Of a stretch of 64,000 nt of DNA, positions 18,757 through 31,182 are shown one piece after another. The number at the start of each line of letters is the position of its first letter. Position 1 is the stretch's first letter. The position numbers and the translations under genes are program-made. Source of the DNA: Escherichia phage ECCR664; sequence record OL631257.1. One strand, written 5' to 3'. The notes beneath the pieces were generated by a model. That model saw only the letters and a list, made by a program, of their open reading frames with translations. It was not told the origin of the DNA and searched no databases.

Positions 18757-21466
18757 TCAAAAATCGAACATATCGAACAGAGATGCTTTCTTCTCGTAAT
18801 CGAGTTTCGCTGCTGATGTGAATCCTTCAAGTGGTTTAATAAATGTCTTCTCAAGGAGAACCGTGTAGTCCATCCAATGAAGTACGTCGTCTTTAATTAA
18901 ATCTGTGATTTCAGTACCAGAAGGCCATGCGATACATTTATCACCGAATGGGTTTCCTTCACGTAAAGGCAGAACATATACTTTTTCACCTTCTACAACT
19001 TGTGGTGCATCAATATTACCTTTAATAGCCCGGTTATACGTCAGAATTCCACGAATATGGAACGGGCATTTGGGACCAGGGAATCCACCAACGTCATATT
19101 TAGCAATGTTATTCGCAGAAGATACCGACGCAATGCTAATATAATTCAATTGACGGAATTCTTTTTCAAACTCTTTAAAATATTCTTGTAATGATTCTTC
19201 ACCTTCTTGAAGCATACGACGAATACATTCTTTAAGAGCTTTCTGTACCGCTTTAGGAGTTGAAGATTTCTGTGTTTCGAGACCCATGATTTTGAGTTTA
19301 GGCTCAGCGTAACGAGTACCTTCCATATCCCACACGTTTAATGCATAACGTTTCTTACCAGTCCAGAATCCGCCAATACCTTTAGAACCGAGCGGAGGAC
19401 CAGCGATAGCTTCTCGGTCCATGAACATCAAATGTTGCTTATTATTCATGTATTCGCACATTTCACGGAAACCTCTATCAATAGCTGGTTCCATACGTTC
19501 ACGTGCAAACTTATCTAAGAAGTCTACCCAATGGTTGGTATCACGGAATTTAGATTCACCAACCTTATCAATAATTTTATCAGCAGATACGTAAATAGAG
19601 TCTGTATCACCATAAAGAACGAAAGCTTCACCTTCTGTACCACAAACTTCATTCAGATATTCATTAACTTTACGTTCAATCCACTGTAAAGCCATTTGAC
19701 CAAATGTTGTGATTGCAGTAGCATTACGCAAATCGTAATAACGGAACCAAACGTTGCCAAGTGCACCATAAAGTGAGTTGATAAGCAATTTACGGTTAAT
19801 TTGTGCAGTCATACCTGCAACTTCAGTACGTTGAGCTCTAAACAACATTTCATTAAGAGATTTAGCAGACAACTTTTTAATCTTTTCTTTAATCTCATCA
19901 GTGAAGTCGAAACGATAATCAACATCTAATGGTTCGTCAACAGAAAGATTAGGATTATGCAATGCCTCTTTAATTATTTCACCATTACGTTGAGCTGCAA
20001 GCATGTAACCTTTATGTTCTTTACGTTGATTAAAGACCTTAGTGATTTCAGTTGGAACTACACCGTCACGGTCTTTATAATACATCATGCCGTTAGGAGA
20101 GCAACTGTACACATCAGAAGGACGTTCAGCAACAGCGTTAATATAATCATGCAGTGGAGCTACTTTAAACGTTCCTGCTATTGTTTCTGGGCTAATATTC
20201 ACTTGGCGAATAATACTTGGATACAGAGATGTAAGGTCGAAACTCATTACATATTTGTATCGATTTGGAATAGGTTCCTTAACAAAAGCGCCAGGATAAG
20301 GTTGAACCGGGTGAGAACGACCTTGTGGAATCACCTTGTTTTGTTCTTTAAGGCTATTAAAAATAATAGCATCCCATGTTTTAATTGGGCTAAACACAGA
20401 TTGAATCTGTATCTTAGCATAATAACCCATGTCCAAACTCAAGTTGATGAACTGACGCTTAGCATCAATTTGCAATACACGATACACGTCGATAATGTTA
20501 TAAGAAATATATCGTTGGTGATTGCTTTCACGAAGCTTAGAAATAGGACCGTCATATTTCAGTTTACCGACATTCAATTCAAATTCTGAAATGTAATCCA
20601 GAGAATACGACGGTTGATTGGTAAAGAGAATTTTTGTAAAGGTCAATGTAATCAAGAACAGAGATACCGAACAATGTAATGATTTCACGAGAACCATACA
20701 TGTTTTCGATAACTTTAACACGAGTTTTACGATGTGGTGATAAACGTTTCGCAGTAGATTCGCCAAAAATATTTTTGATTCGGTTATACACATATGGAAT
20801 ATCAAATGACTCAACGTTCCATCCAGTCAAAATGACAGGAGTTTTCTGTTGCCAGAAGTTGAGATATTCCATCAACAATTCTTTTTCGTTATCGAACGGC
20901 ATATAAATGATTTTATCAATAATTTCGGATGGAACTTCATCACCACCTTGTTCTTGAAGCTTAGCTGCAATTTCGATAGACCATTCTTCTACATTACCAT
21001 ATGGAGAATTCAATAGATCAAATACGTAGAACCTGTCGTCAATTGAGTCATAATGGGTGATAGCATCAATCGGATGTTTTGCTTGTGACGGCTCAGGAAA
21101 CCCATCCGGAGATGTTACTTCGATGTCGAAGTTAGCCACACGAATTTTTGTATGGACGTATTTGATTTCATAGTTATAAGTGTCAGACAAATACGCTAAT
21201 TTGAAATCGTCCATGCCAAGTGCTTCAAGTCCGATATCTTCCATGCGTTTAATCCATTGGGAGGCATCACGCATATTAGCGAACAACTTACGAGTACATG
21301 GCTTACCGTAGATATCGAAATATTTCGTAGCCTGACTTTCCGGACAATGAGCAAACAGTGATGGTTTATATTCTACTTCACGAGTACGTTCACGGCCATT
21401 AGAATCGATGTAACGTTCAAAAATTGAATCACCAATCTGTTCAACCGTTAAGTAAAATTCTTTCAT
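18757..21466 (-). CDS. 43: DNA polymerase, gene 43 (family B); one apparent frameshift
   Basis: N-terminal 295-aa ORF (MKEFYLTVEQIGD...) and C-terminal ORF (YGDTDS, ...KKRYALNVWDMEG...) match T4 gp43 as recalled. Junction is a one-base loss in the T5 run at 20630..20634; restoring it gives ...LDYIDLYKKILFTNQPSYSL... Confidence 0.95.
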
Positions 21467-21525
21467 TTAATTTCCTTTAGACGAGTTATTGTCTTTTGTT
21501 TGTTGATGAACTTATTATACTCCAA

Positions 21526-21543
21526 ATGGGACCGAAGTCCCAT
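21526..21543 (-). promoter_or_regulatory. intergenic stem-loop between regA and gene 43
   Basis: Hairpin ATGGGAC-CGAA-GTCCCAT 5 nt after the regA stop, followed on the minus strand by UUUGGAG-TATAAT; function not resolved (terminator/attenuator or RNA-binding site). Confidence 0.4.
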
Positions 21544-21547
21544 TGCT

Positions 21548-21925
21548 TTAATTACCAATTGTATATTTTGCTTTCAAAGTCCAGTCATCTTTCTGTTTAA
21601 AAGAGATAACACGGAAGTTATTAGTCAAGCCAAACAGATCTTCACGAGCAGAGTCTTCAATAACAATTAATCCCCAGTCTTCAAGCAACTGAGCGATCGA
21701 ATCACGTCGCTGATAGTCTTCACCATCGATATCAACTTGTCGTCCGTCCATACGCAGCATTTCTTTAAAGTGGACGATGTAGTATTTACCTTGCTTTTGG
21801 AGGATATGACAGGACTGATAAAGAACTTTATCCTTGTTATTAGCGATGCCCATACGGGTCAAAGTCTCTTTGACTTTCAGAAAATCTTCAGGGTTCTTCA
21901 ATTTAATTTCAATCATTTTTACCAT
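21548..21925 (-). CDS. regA: translational repressor RegA
   Basis: PEDFLKVKETLTRMGIANNKDKVLYQSCHILQK ... HFKEMLRMDGRQV ... LTNNFRVISFKQK matches T4 RegA as recalled; true start probably the second ATG (MIEIKL). Confidence 0.9.
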   Translation of the reverse strand: MVKMIEIKLKNPEDFLKVKETLTRMGIANNKDKVLYQSCHILQKQGKYYIVHFKEMLRMDGRQVDIDGEDYQRRDSIAQLLEDWGLIVIEDSAREDLFGLTNNFRVISFKQKDDWTLKAKYTIGN

Positions 21926-21939
21926 TCCAATGCTAATTT

Positions 21940-22480
21940 TTAAATTGTTTTTGTTCTTTTACGTTTTTAGTAACTTCTTTGAGAAACTCATCAGTGACCA
22001 TGGCCTTCAGTTCTTTAAGGACTATTGGCAACTTGTTATTTTTTCAAGGAGCCGCTTATACTCGGTAGCATCATTCATGTTGATTGTGTAATGTTTCATC
22101 AACAGTTTGATAACTAGTAACTCTGAAGTGTCTTCGACTAGTTTAGCCCATTTAGAGAATCGACGACCACGCGGAATTGCCGCCATCATATAGTTGAAGT
22201 GCGCTTCATCACTTAATTCAGAACCGACTAAGTTCATCATGTAAACGGCTGGCATACATTCTGGGAACTGGGATAGTGAGTTCTCAACCATAAATTTTGA
22301 GTAGTCGACCTGAGCAATTGACATAGATTTCTTTTCATTAATAGCATTAATGATTTTAAAGAATTCATTCTCAGGTTTTTCTTTAAACATATCAGCACAT
22401 TTTTGAATCGCATCAGCGTCATTAGACTTCCATGCAATTTGGTGCTCGTTAAGCTGGACGTCATCATCGAATAAGTTCAT
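21940..22480 (-). CDS. 62: clamp-loader small subunit, gene 62; apparent frameshift near the 3' end
   Basis: ORF 22022..22480 (152 aa) plus shifted C-terminal tail; adjacent to gene 44 with a 1-nt gap. Confidence 0.75.
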
Positions 22481-22481
22481 A

Positions 22482-23444
22482 TTATTTCCAAGTCAGTTCG
22501 CAGGTCAGTTGAAGAAGCATATACATAACATGTAATTCAATATTACTTGCTAGTCCATGAAACTTATTATTTTCGCCTGCAATTTCGTAAAGCGAAATAA
22601 TACTTTTACCAGGTGCAACTTGGTCATAACATTCTGAAACTAATTTATCGATGAACCACGAATAATCTGCAGCATATTTTGGAGCTAATGCACGAAGCTG
22701 TTTGATATCTTTGTTCTTCATTGCTTCGATAACATCAGAGACTGTTCCACGGTCATTAGTTACGATAGACAGAATACCTGCATCAAGAACACCTTTAGAC
22801 GAGTACTGGTCTAATTGGCCAATTGTACGACGAAAGTCTGGGAAGTTCTTTTTAACCAGAGCTGCAACAACTTTCATATCAGCGATTTCGATATTTTCGT
22901 TCTTACAGATTTCAACCATACGATGAATCATTTTCTTCATCATCGAGATTTTATCTTCTTCAGTCGGACGACCGAATTCGATAACTCGACAACGGCTACG
23001 TAATGGTTCAATAATTCCGTCAATGTTGTTAGCAGTGATAATAATAGAGCAGTTACTAGAGAATTCTTCCATAAACGTACGAAGGTGACGTTGTGATTCG
23101 GCGAGGCCACTACGGTCAAATTCATCAATAACAATAACTTTAGGCTTGCCTTCCATTGAGACTGAACGAGCGAATGCAGTTAACGGACCACGCACAAAAT
23201 CAATCTTACAATCAGAACCGTTGACGAACATCATTTCGGCATTGATATCATTACATAATGCTTTTGCTACGGTTGTTTTACCTGTACCAGGAGAAGGAGA
23301 GTGCAAAATAATATGAGGAAGTTTTCCTTTAGATACTAAAGACTTGAATGTTTCGTGGTCATACGCAGGCAGAATACATTCGTCAATGGAAGAAGGACGA
23401 TATTTTTGTTCTAGAATGTGTTCTTTGGAATTGATAGTAATCAT
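22482..23444 (-). CDS. 44: clamp-loader ATPase, gene 44
   Basis: 320 aa; [27 protein letters not shown] ... [15 protein letters not shown] (Walker A) matches T4 gp44 as recalled. Confidence 0.9.
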   Translation of the reverse strand: MITINSKEHILEQKYRPSSIDECILPAYDHETFKSLVSKGKLPHIILHSPSPGTGKTTVAKALCNDINAEMMFVNGSDCKIDFVRGPLTAFARSVSMEGKPKVIVIDEFDRSGLAESQRHLRTFMEEFSSNCSIIITANNIDGIIEPLRSRCRVIEFGRPTEEDKISMMKKMIHRMVEICKNENIEIADMKVVAALVKKNFPDFRRTIGQLDQYSSKGVLDAGILSIVTNDRGTVSDVIEAMKNKDIKQLRALAPKYAADYSWFIDKLVSECYDQVAPGKSIISLYEIAGENNKFHGLASNIELHVMYMLLQLTCELTWK

Positions 23445-23519
23445 GTAATTTTCCTCATTATCATTAAACTGGAGGATTTCTCCTCCATAATCGTACTACA
23501 TTAAACGTAAAGCTTTGAC

Positions 23520-24206
23520 TTAGAAGTCGTGAGTAGAATCGGCTTCCATTGCAATAACATAACTTACTTGAGAGCTTTCAAACTTGGCTGCAACTTTATC
23601 ACCAGCTCCCCACAACATTACTTTATAGTTACCTGGCTGGATTTTCATATTAGCCATATTGATTACAAAGTTAAAGTTATTAGAACCATCATAATCGGTA
23701 AGAGTCAAAGAATACTTAGGACGAGTCAAGCCAGAATCTTCAACTTTATTGTAACCATTGATAACAATTTTACCATCTTTATTTGTAATAGCAATTGTAT
23801 CAATCTGGAGACCACGTGAAACTCGAAGCAATTGTTGAAGGTCTTCAGCTTTAATTTCAGTAATCACAGAAGCCACTGGGAATTGAATTGGCTTATTAGG
23901 AAAAACAATGGTGCTCTTGTCGGCGGCAGGCCAATAAACCGTGGAACGTGTATCTGCAATTTTAATATTGCCATCAGTGTGCATTGAAATTTCAGCATCA
24001 TCAGACACTAGACTCAAAATGCTTAAGAAGCTATTCAAATCATAAAGTGCTACGTCAAAATCAATTTCATCAGAGATATTTGCTTCCGCATAAGTGGTGC
24101 CATTAACTGCACGAGTCATAATAAATTTACCTTGACTCAGCAGAATACCGGAGTTAATAGAGGCAAAGTTTTTCAGAATAGCGATAGTATCTTTAGACAG
24201 TTTCAT
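23520..24206 (-). CDS. 45: sliding clamp, gene 45
   Basis: MKLSKDT ... FIMTRAVNGTTYAEANISD ... LQQLLRVSRGLQIDTIAIT ... ADSTHDF matches T4 gp45 as recalled; start at the internal Met. Confidence 0.9.
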   Translation of the reverse strand: MKLSKDTIAILKNFASINSGILLSQGKFIMTRAVNGTTYAEANISDEIDFDVALYDLNSFLSILSLVSDDAEISMHTDGNIKIADTRSTVYWPAADKSTIVFPNKPIQFPVASVITEIKAEDLQQLLRVSRGLQIDTIAITNKDGKIVINGYNKVEDSGLTRPKYSLTLTDYDGSNNFNFVINMANMKIQPGNYKVMLWGAGDKVAAKFESSQVSYVIAMEADSTHDF

Positions 24207-24248
24207 TTTATTTCCTTTCAAGACAATTCAAAGTTTATAACAAATTTA

Positions 24249-24656
24249 TTATGCAGCAACCATCTGCTTTTTAATAGCTTCAGGCAGTGATTCAATATAT
24301 TCTGGAATTTTAGAAGCAACAATTTCGCCAGCTGCAATTAATTGTTCGTCGGCATCAACACAGTATAAATCTTCCAGACGCTCAGAACCATCTTTATCAA
24401 GAACGATTTTTCCACCTGCTTCAATAGAATCTTTATAGTGCTTACGCATCAGATGAATCCACATATCAGATACATCGTTATCAATAAAACCATAAATCAT
24501 AAAACGAGTTTCTTGTGGCAAAGATTGAAGCTTTTAGCACTTGCGTCATCACAATGCAGGACCCATGCTTTACGAACACGATTATGGTTATGCGGGTTAG
24601 CGTCAGTACGGATAGAAGTAACTTTCAGATCAGCAGCAGTGAAACCTTTAGCAGTA
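24249..24656 (-). CDS. rpbA: RNA polymerase-binding protein RpbA; apparent frameshift
   Basis: N-terminal frame MFTTAKGFTAADLKVTSIRTD ... RVRKAWVLHCDD joins ORF 24249..24521 after a shift near 24525. Confidence 0.65.
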
Positions 24657-24664
24657 GTAAACAT

Positions 24665-24850
24665 ATTATTTCTCTCTTATTCGTAGAAGTCAGTAACTGT
24701 CCATGCGGAATTGCGATTAGACATTATTTTATTATACTCATCTTTAAAAGCAGATTTGAGCATTTGTTCAGTAACAATATGTTCTTCACCTGAAAACGTA
24801 TTGGTCAAAACATATTTTTAATTTCAGGGACAACAAGAAGATGTTGTCCG
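24665..24850 (-). CDS. small protein (T4 45.2 position), apparent frameshift
   Basis: Not in ORF track; MENNMEYSTGQHLLVVPEIKNMF ... SGEEHIVTEQMLKSAFKDEYNKIMSNRNSAWTVTDFYE. Confidence 0.35.
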
Positions 24851-24918
24851 GTTGAATACTCCATGTTGTTCTCCATTTAATTTGATGTGGTCATTATAAC
24901 CACATCGTGTTAAAGCGT

Positions 24919-26603
24919 TTATGAAACAGTCATCACAGTAAATCGTCCAACTTTACTCATCTGAAGATGTTGTCCATAACGTTGAGGGTCATGGTCTCGA
25001 TGAGAGATAATAAACACATTAGTATTTTGTAAACTTCCAAGAATGGTATCTATAGCCTTAACAGCCTCAGAATCGACAGCCCCATCAAAACCTCATCAAG
25101 AATCAACGTGTTGATTTTAACACCAGAAACTTTTTCAGCAATATCTCGCCATGTAAACAACAATGCGATATCGATACGTGCCTTTTCACCTTGACTAAAT
25201 GAAGCATAACTAAAATCTTCACGACCACGTGATTTTATAGATTCATTGAATTCTTCGTCAATAGAAAACACATAATCAGCTTCCATGATTTTAAGGTAAT
25301 GGTTAATCTGCTTGTTGAACAGAGGCACATATTTTTAATGATAGCACCTTTAATACCAGAATCTTTTAACATATCTGTTATAATACCACGATGGTATTTT
25401 TCAAGAACGATATCCGATTTTGTTTTAATGATTTTATCAAGTTCTTTTGAAGCAAAGCTATCTCATCGGCATGGTCGATAAATTCCGCCGAGGCTTGTTC
25501 TATTGCAGCTTTAACTTTCTTAGCTTTATCAATAGTGGCAATCATTGCTTGTTTCTTGGTACGAATATCAGATGCAAGGTCCTGTTTAGTCTTAACATTA
25601 GCTCTATATTCGTCCACTAGGACACTCAGATTATCTCTGTGACAGGTAAGTTGCTCGAATGAGTGATTACATTCATGAAGCTTATCGGTAATCTTAGAGA
25701 CAATAGGATCACCCTGGTGCAACTGTGATGCACAAGTAGGACATGTGCCACCGTCATGATACATCTTAATAACTTTGTTATATGAGTCAATTTTAGATTT
25801 AATCAAGAATGCTTCTTGACCGATCTTGTTGAATGCCTCAGTAGGGTCTTCGTCAAGAACGATATTAAGTAGACGCTCGTTAGCTTCTTCAATTTCTGCT
25901 TTTAATGAACGAGCTTCTTTGGCTAGGTCGTCATACATATTCTGTAGACGCGCTACATTATCGCCAGATAATTTCTTTTGACGTTCGATATTCTCGTTAT
26001 AAATCTTAATTTGTTGGATAATACCATCTTTCTTGGCATCGAGAACTTGTCCCTGGGAATTAAGTTCTCGAACTTGAGACTTATTGATTTTATCCATTTC
26101 AGCGAGTGTTCCAACTTCTAATAAGTCTTCAACAAGCTTTCTGCGAGCAGGGGTGCTAAGAGCCATGAAAGGGGTATACCCTGCCGTCCCAAGCACAACG
26201 ATCTGTTTAAAAGACGCGTATGACATTCCGATGCTACGTTCAAATTCTTCTTGGAAGTCACGACTGCTGGCAGATTCATCAAGACGAACACCGTCAACGG
26301 AGATTTCGAAAATATTGGGCTTTTGGCCACGTTTAATGAAGTATTTTTATCATCGAATTCCATCCAAAGCTCAACTAAGAGCTCTTTCTTGTTCGTGCTA
26401 TTAATGATTTGTCCTTTCTTAACATCACGAAATGGTTTACCGAAAAGTCCGAAAGTAATGGCTTCTAACATCGTAGATTTACCACCGCCATTTTTACCAG
26501 TGATTAATGTCTTTTGGACTTTATCTAATTGGATATCGATAGGATTCCCACCTACCGACATGATATTTTGATAACGAACACGATTTAATTTAAATGATTT
26601 CAT
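24919..26603 (-). CDS. 46: recombination endonuclease subunit (Rad50/SbcC-like), gene 46; at least three apparent frameshifts
   Basis: Fragments 26118..26603 (Walker A GKNGGGKST), 25378..26226, 25050..25328 and 24919..25090 concatenate to about 561 aa matching T4 gp46 as recalled. Confidence 0.85.
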
Positions 26604-26848
26604 ATGTATTCTCTTCGAATGAAGTCCTCTACATATTTTAACATGTCATCTCTATCAGCAAAATACTCATCTAGTTCTGCATACATAACAACACCCGGTG
26701 CGTACTCACAGGTAACATACATTGTTCCAAAGAAACGAGGAGTTGATTCCTCGTAATTCTCAGTCCATTCAACGATACCAATATAACCGTCACCAATACT
26801 AAATTCATGACGATGGATTTCATAATCAGTCTTCGTCATTATACGCAT
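26600..26848 (-). CDS. hypothetical protein (46.1 position)
   Basis: 82 aa ORF overlapping the gene 46 start. Confidence 0.35.
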   Translation of the reverse strand: MRIMTKTDYEIHRHEFSIGDGYIGIVEWTENYEESTPRFFGTMYVTCEYAPGVVMYAELDEYFADRDDMLKYVEDFIRREYI

Positions 26849-27083
26849 CCTCGATACATGCTTCAGTCATTTTAAGAATAGAGCCAGGAGTATCGTTGTC
26901 CATTATATTAAAGCTAAATTCAATAGCCCAGTCGGTACAGACATGAACAGCTTTAACTTCGTTGCCTTCAACGCGTAATGGCTCAATCCAATACTTGATA
27001 GTGTTCTCGAATCCATCATCATCTTTAACATCTATTTCAACTTCAAGACCGAGCCCAGCATTGTTAAATTCATCTAAAGTCAT
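26826..27083 (-). CDS. hypothetical acidic protein (46.2 position)
   Basis: 85 aa ORF. Confidence 0.35.
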   Translation of the reverse strand: MTLDEFNNAGLGLEVEIDVKDDDGFENTIKYWIEPLRVEGNEVKAVHVCTDWAIEFSFNIMDNDTPGSILKMTEACIEDAYNDED

Positions 27084-28099
27084 TGTGTTGCCTCAATATA
27101 AAGTTCGTTGGAATATTTGACCAGCGCTTCTCTGTCTTCGTCTGAGATATCTGGAATCGCGTCAATATATTCTTTAATGATATCTTGAAGTGATTTAATC
27201 TCGATTTCCTGGTCGTCATCAGATTCAACACTGTTATCAACTTTAGAAACCATACGAAGAGAGTGAACTACTTTTTCAAGTTCAGATTCAAACTTAGTCA
27301 ACTCTGAATCAATTTCTGATACTATAACACGTACGGCTAGATTAGTATAATCAGAATAATTGATTTTGCCTTTAAATGGATAAGTGATTCGTCGATGCCA
27401 TGTTGTTTCATTAGGAATAAATTCCATACGTTCAACATCAGTGTCAAATACCCAGAATCCGCGAGGGTCGTTCTCATCGCCTGCAGTAAGGGTCCACGGT
27501 GTCCCAATATATTTGACGTTAGCAGCTTCAGAGATTGTGTGGAAGTGGCCGGACCAGACTTGTTTATAGGTCTTTAAGAAATCAGGTTCAAGCCCGTGAG
27601 ACTTCATTCCTTTATAGAAATAGAAGCCATTTAATTCCCAGTGCCCAACACAATACGATGCAGAAGAAGTCTTGATATGCTCTAAGATTTCACCTGTATT
27701 TTCTTCACACATCCATGGAACGATATCAATCAGACATCCGTCAAAATCTACAGTAGTTGGATGTTCGTAAATAGTAAAGTTTTCAAATTGAGTTAACAAT
27801 TCAGAAACAGTGTTAGGTGTTATTGTATTCTTAAACGCCATGTCATGGTTTCCTATCGTGACATGAACGTGAATGCCTGCTTTAGAAATCATATCAACGA
27901 TTTCACGATTGAATTCCATCGTACGATGTGTAATTGCTTTACGGACGTCAAACCAATCACCGTATTGAATCCAAGTTTTAATCCCGTGTTTCTTAGAGTA
28001 TTCAATTGCTTGACGAATACCATCACGTTGAATATCTTGAACCCATGGGTCGTCTTGTTTGACTCCGATATGGAAGTCTCCTAAGTGCAAAATTTTCAT
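27080..28099 (-). CDS. 47: recombination endonuclease subunit (Mre11/SbcD-like phosphoesterase), gene 47
   Basis: 339 aa; calcineurin-like motifs LHLGDFH, GDWFD, GNHD, GHWE. Confidence 0.9.
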   Translation of the reverse strand: MKILHLGDFHIGVKQDDPWVQDIQRDGIRQAIEYSKKHGIKTWIQYGDWFDVRKAITHRTMEFNREIVDMISKAGIHVHVTIGNHDMAFKNTITPNTVSELLTQFENFTIYEHPTTVDFDGCLIDIVPWMCEENTGEILEHIKTSSASYCVGHWELNGFYFYKGMKSHGLEPDFLKTYKQVWSGHFHTISEAANVKYIGTPWTLTAGDENDPRGFWVFDTDVERMEFIPNETTWHRRITYPFKGKINYSDYTNLAVRVIVSEIDSELTKFESELEKVVHSLRMVSKVDNSVESDDDQEIEIKSLQDIIKEYIDAIPDISDEDREALVKYSNELYIEATQ

Positions 28100-28140
28100 A
28101 TTATTTCCTCATTAGTTAATTCATTCTATCATCCGTTTAT

Positions 28141-28168
28141 AAAGCAAAAAGGAACTCCGAAGAGTTCC
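28141..28168 (-). terminator. rho-independent terminator upstream of gene 47
   Basis: Hairpin GGAACTC-CGAA-GAGTTCC at 28151..28168 followed on the minus strand by UUUUUGCUUU. Confidence 0.6.
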
Positions 28169-28175
28169 TATCCAC

Positions 28176-28349
28176 ATAGTACACCGTACAGAGGCTCATT
28201 TGAACTTTTAAATCGAATGGGCTTGTACGTAATAGTTCCTTCGGCTTTAGCTTTATCATAAGACTCTTTAAAACGTCTCATTCTTTCTGCTTTGCCTTTA
28301 CGGATTTTATCGAAATTTTCAGAAGTCGGGATGTTCGTCATGCATAAGC
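28176..28349 (-). CDS. small hypothetical protein (57 aa)
   Basis: Not in ORF track; MTNIPTSENFDKIRKGKAERMRRFKESYDKAKAEGTITYKPIRFKSSNEPLYGVLCG. Confidence 0.25.
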
Positions 28350-28380
28350 ACCTCTCAGAAAATGCCTAAATCGATTTCTC

Positions 28381-28602
28381 TCATCGTTTCCACCATTTCT
28401 TAACTTGAAATGAATCAACCCACACGAGTTGTTTTGGGTCTGCCTTTACAATAGGCGGACAAATTTCTGTAATAGAACCGTCGTGATATTCCTTTTCAGA
28501 AATTTTAACACAAAGAGGACCTCCCAATTTAAGGGTGAACCCTGCGTTCAGATTCAGACGTTTAAACTTTGTTTGAACTAGCGCCATTAATAATGTCCTC
28601 AA
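28381..28602 (-). CDS. hypothetical protein (73 aa)
   Basis: ORF in the 47-55 gap, where T4 carries alpha-gt. Confidence 0.3.
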   Translation of the reverse strand: MRTLLMALVQTKFKRLNLNAGFTLKLGGPLCVKISEKEYHDGSITEICPPIVKADPKQLVWVDSFQVKKWWKR

Positions 28603-28884
28603 TAGCCTGACGAGTAGTAACCCACTGGATTTTAATTAACTTGTCATTATATGGTTGTCGTAGAATATCCCGAGATTTCTTAATAGCATATTCGTAAGCT
28701 TCGAAGTTGTTTTGAATTGCTGCTTCTTGAGCATGAGCATAAAGTCGATTTAGTTCGAAACGATTCTTTTAAGAATCTTTTCAGATTTTTACGTGCTTCA
28801 GCTTCATTTTTCTTTTGTATTTCTTGTAGCATTTTAGCTACTGCATCTTCTGCTTCTTTATTTTCAATAATCTCGGTAGTCATA

Positions 28885-29639
28885 TTATCTCATTAAATTA
28901 AAATAAAAACGTCCGTCCTCTTCAATACAGAACTCGTACTCAACTGGAGTCCCATTTATTGAAAATGACACGTCATGTGGGTTCAAAGGGTCGATGTCAA
29001 AATTAATTTTAAATTCTCGACCCAACAGTTTTACCAAATAAGGGATTGCTTCGTCAAAAGGTTCTTCTAAGTAGTTAGAGATGTCAATTGTCATCCTCAT
29101 ATAAAAATCCAAACTAGGTGAATCGCTAACAACTTCCTTCTTTTCAGCCCCAGGAGCTTTATAAGCGGATTCTTCATAATGCGTCATTTTATCGTAGATG
29201 TCTTGAATAAACGTTTCATCTACCAACGCTACCATATCATCGTCATGACTGTCGTAGACGTTATGAACGAAGTAACTATATTTCTTTGCAACTTCCTTAC
29301 GTTCTTTTTGATACGTTGGACAAAAGCATTAAAACAAGCTCGAGTTATGTATGCATGTGGGTTATTGTACTTAGTTTCGTCGAAATTATGAAGTCCCTTA
29401 ATAGAGGCTTCAATCCCATCTGCAATCATCTCCTGCTTCCAAGACTGGGTATATCCTGAAAAGTTGAAACGTTTGGACAGGCCTTCGGCGATAAGCATAA
29501 TTGCTAAACCGATGGTATCATTCTGACGAATAATTTTGTTTGGGTCTTTATTATTTAAGAGCTCCTTTTTCCACTCGATTATAGCAGCGAGAAGCTCTTT
29601 ATTATTCACATAGTTATTTTTAGGTTTTTGTTCAGTCAT
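28885..29639 (-). CDS. 55: late-transcription sigma factor, gene 55; apparent frameshift and possible read-through into a downstream small ORF
   Basis: N-terminal ORF ([11 protein letters not shown] ... DPNK ... [54 protein letters not shown] ... AFVQRIKK) and C-terminal ORF ([23 protein letters not shown]...) match T4 gp55 as recalled; the last roughly 70 aa may belong to a separate gene. Confidence 0.8.
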
Positions 29640-29975
29640 AAGTACCTCTTAGCTCAATTCATAGGTCTATTATATCATAATATTTAGAGACCTATCTTAA
29701 AGCACGAGATACTATCGGAGCAAACAATACGCCTGGAATACTTTTTCCATTAAACGTTTGAACTCATGGATATCGATATAAAGCTCAGTAAGACCGGCAT
29801 TATAAAGAAAATCTAAAAGTTCTCATGTGTTTCGTTATAGTCGCCTTCGTTTAATTGAGATACATGAGTTTCCCAAAACCGACACCTTTAACGAATGGAA
29901 AATACGTAACTTTCATAAAGTTGTCGACGTAAAATTCGCCCAGCTTTTCTTCAGTTATACTGATTCGAGTTAATT

Positions 29976-30203
29976 TCATTCTAGTTCCTTTGCCGCTTCA
30001 AGAGCAGCATCCAGCGAATCAAATTGGTCAACGAAATCAATATTCAACGCATCGTCATCCGTAGCATATAACCACCATTGTTTGAATTCGTATTCTAGAA
30101 TAAATCCAAGCCCTTCAATCTGAGAAAGACCTAGACTATTTGTACCAACTTCGTAACCAGCTAGACGCAGGTCATTAATCAAAGCTTCTGTTAATACGCT
30201 CAT
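29976..30203 (-). CDS. hypothetical acidic protein (75 aa)
   Basis: ORF only. Confidence 0.3.
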   Translation of the reverse strand: MSVLTEALINDLRLAGYEVGTNSLGLSQIEGLGFILEYEFKQWWLYATDDDALNIDFVDQFDSLDAALEAAKELE

Positions 30204-30222
30204 TTTACCGCCTTAACAATTT

Positions 30223-30531
30223 TCAGGTCAACGAATTTTTCTTACGTTGATTTTTCATACGACGGATAGTCTTTTCAGAGATTTCATGTTTCTGATAAGC
30301 TTTAGATTCAACACCAAATGCAGCAACGTCAAATTCAGAAAGAATATATTGTACTAGAATTTCACGAATAGAATTACGTCCAATTTTCTGGTCGTGTTTT
30401 TGCATGATTTCATAAAGATGGAATTCCCAGGCGTCAAGAACTTGAGGAGTAACAATATTGCCAGATTCCAGAAGAGCAACAACTTTATCGAAAGCGAAAG
30501 AATTAACTACGTTTTTGATTTTAGTAGACAT
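30223..30531 (-). CDS. hypothetical protein
   Basis: ORF 30223..30579; likely start at the internal ATG 30531 (MSTKIKNVV) downstream of a promoter. Confidence 0.35.
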   Translation of the reverse strand: MSTKIKNVVNSFAFDKVVALLESGNIVTPQVLDAWEFHLYEIMQKHDQKIGRNSIREILVQYILSEFDVAAFGVESKAYQKHEISEKTIRRMKNQRKKNSLT

Positions 30532-30568
30532 ATTATTTTCCTCGGTTATTTTATTATCCAACGAGAGA

Positions 30569-30597
30569 ATTATACTCATCTCTCAAGAGTTTGTATA
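30569..30597 (-). promoter_or_regulatory. early-type promoter
   Basis: Minus strand -10 TATAAT inside a conserved block TTATCCAACGAGAG..TATACTC that recurs at 60400..60453. Confidence 0.4.
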
Positions 30598-31182
30598 TTA
30601 TTTTTAAGCATGAAAAGTAAGTAATTTGTATCACGTGGAGTAATATCAACACCCATATCAAAGATGCCTTTATAGATTGGGTATTTGTTTTCGGTTGTAT
30701 CGAAGCTGAAACTATTTCCATCACAACTAACAGTAATAGCATCTGTTAAAATGTCATACTCAATCCTAACGGTTGAATCGCCAATTTTAACGTCGAGGTG
30801 TTTTTGAATTTGATAAAATCTAATTCTTGGGCCATGATATTTTCCTCATTTTAAGACGATAGGAAGATAATAACATGTCTTCCTATCGTTGTACATTATT
30901 AACCGAACTTTTAGCGCCTTTCCAGCCTTCGTACATAGCTGCACAAGTCAGTAGTACAGCGTGCTGGCATTCTTTGTATTTGTAAATCCAGAACCAGCGT
31001 AAAAGTCTTCGTCCTCAACGCCGTTGAGTTTCATGTTGGCAAAGAATTTGGCACGTTCTTCACGAAGTTGCCATGACACAATATTTTCAGGATTCATTTT
31101 GTGTTCCACGCCCCATTTTCATCGATGAACTTAATCCAGTCATTTACGGACCATTTAGTTGTATCGCCCTTTGGATTAACAT

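Noticed and set aside
19957-20589. 210-aa plus-strand ORF
   Set aside because: Lies antisense inside DNA polymerase gene 43, whose minus-strand product matches T4 gp43 throughout; no promoter or RBS; typical AT-rich antisense ORF.
28100-28885. alpha-glucosyltransferase between genes 47 and 55
   Set aside because: Looked for it because of T4 synteny; the interval holds only small ORFs and cannot encode a protein of about 400 aa.
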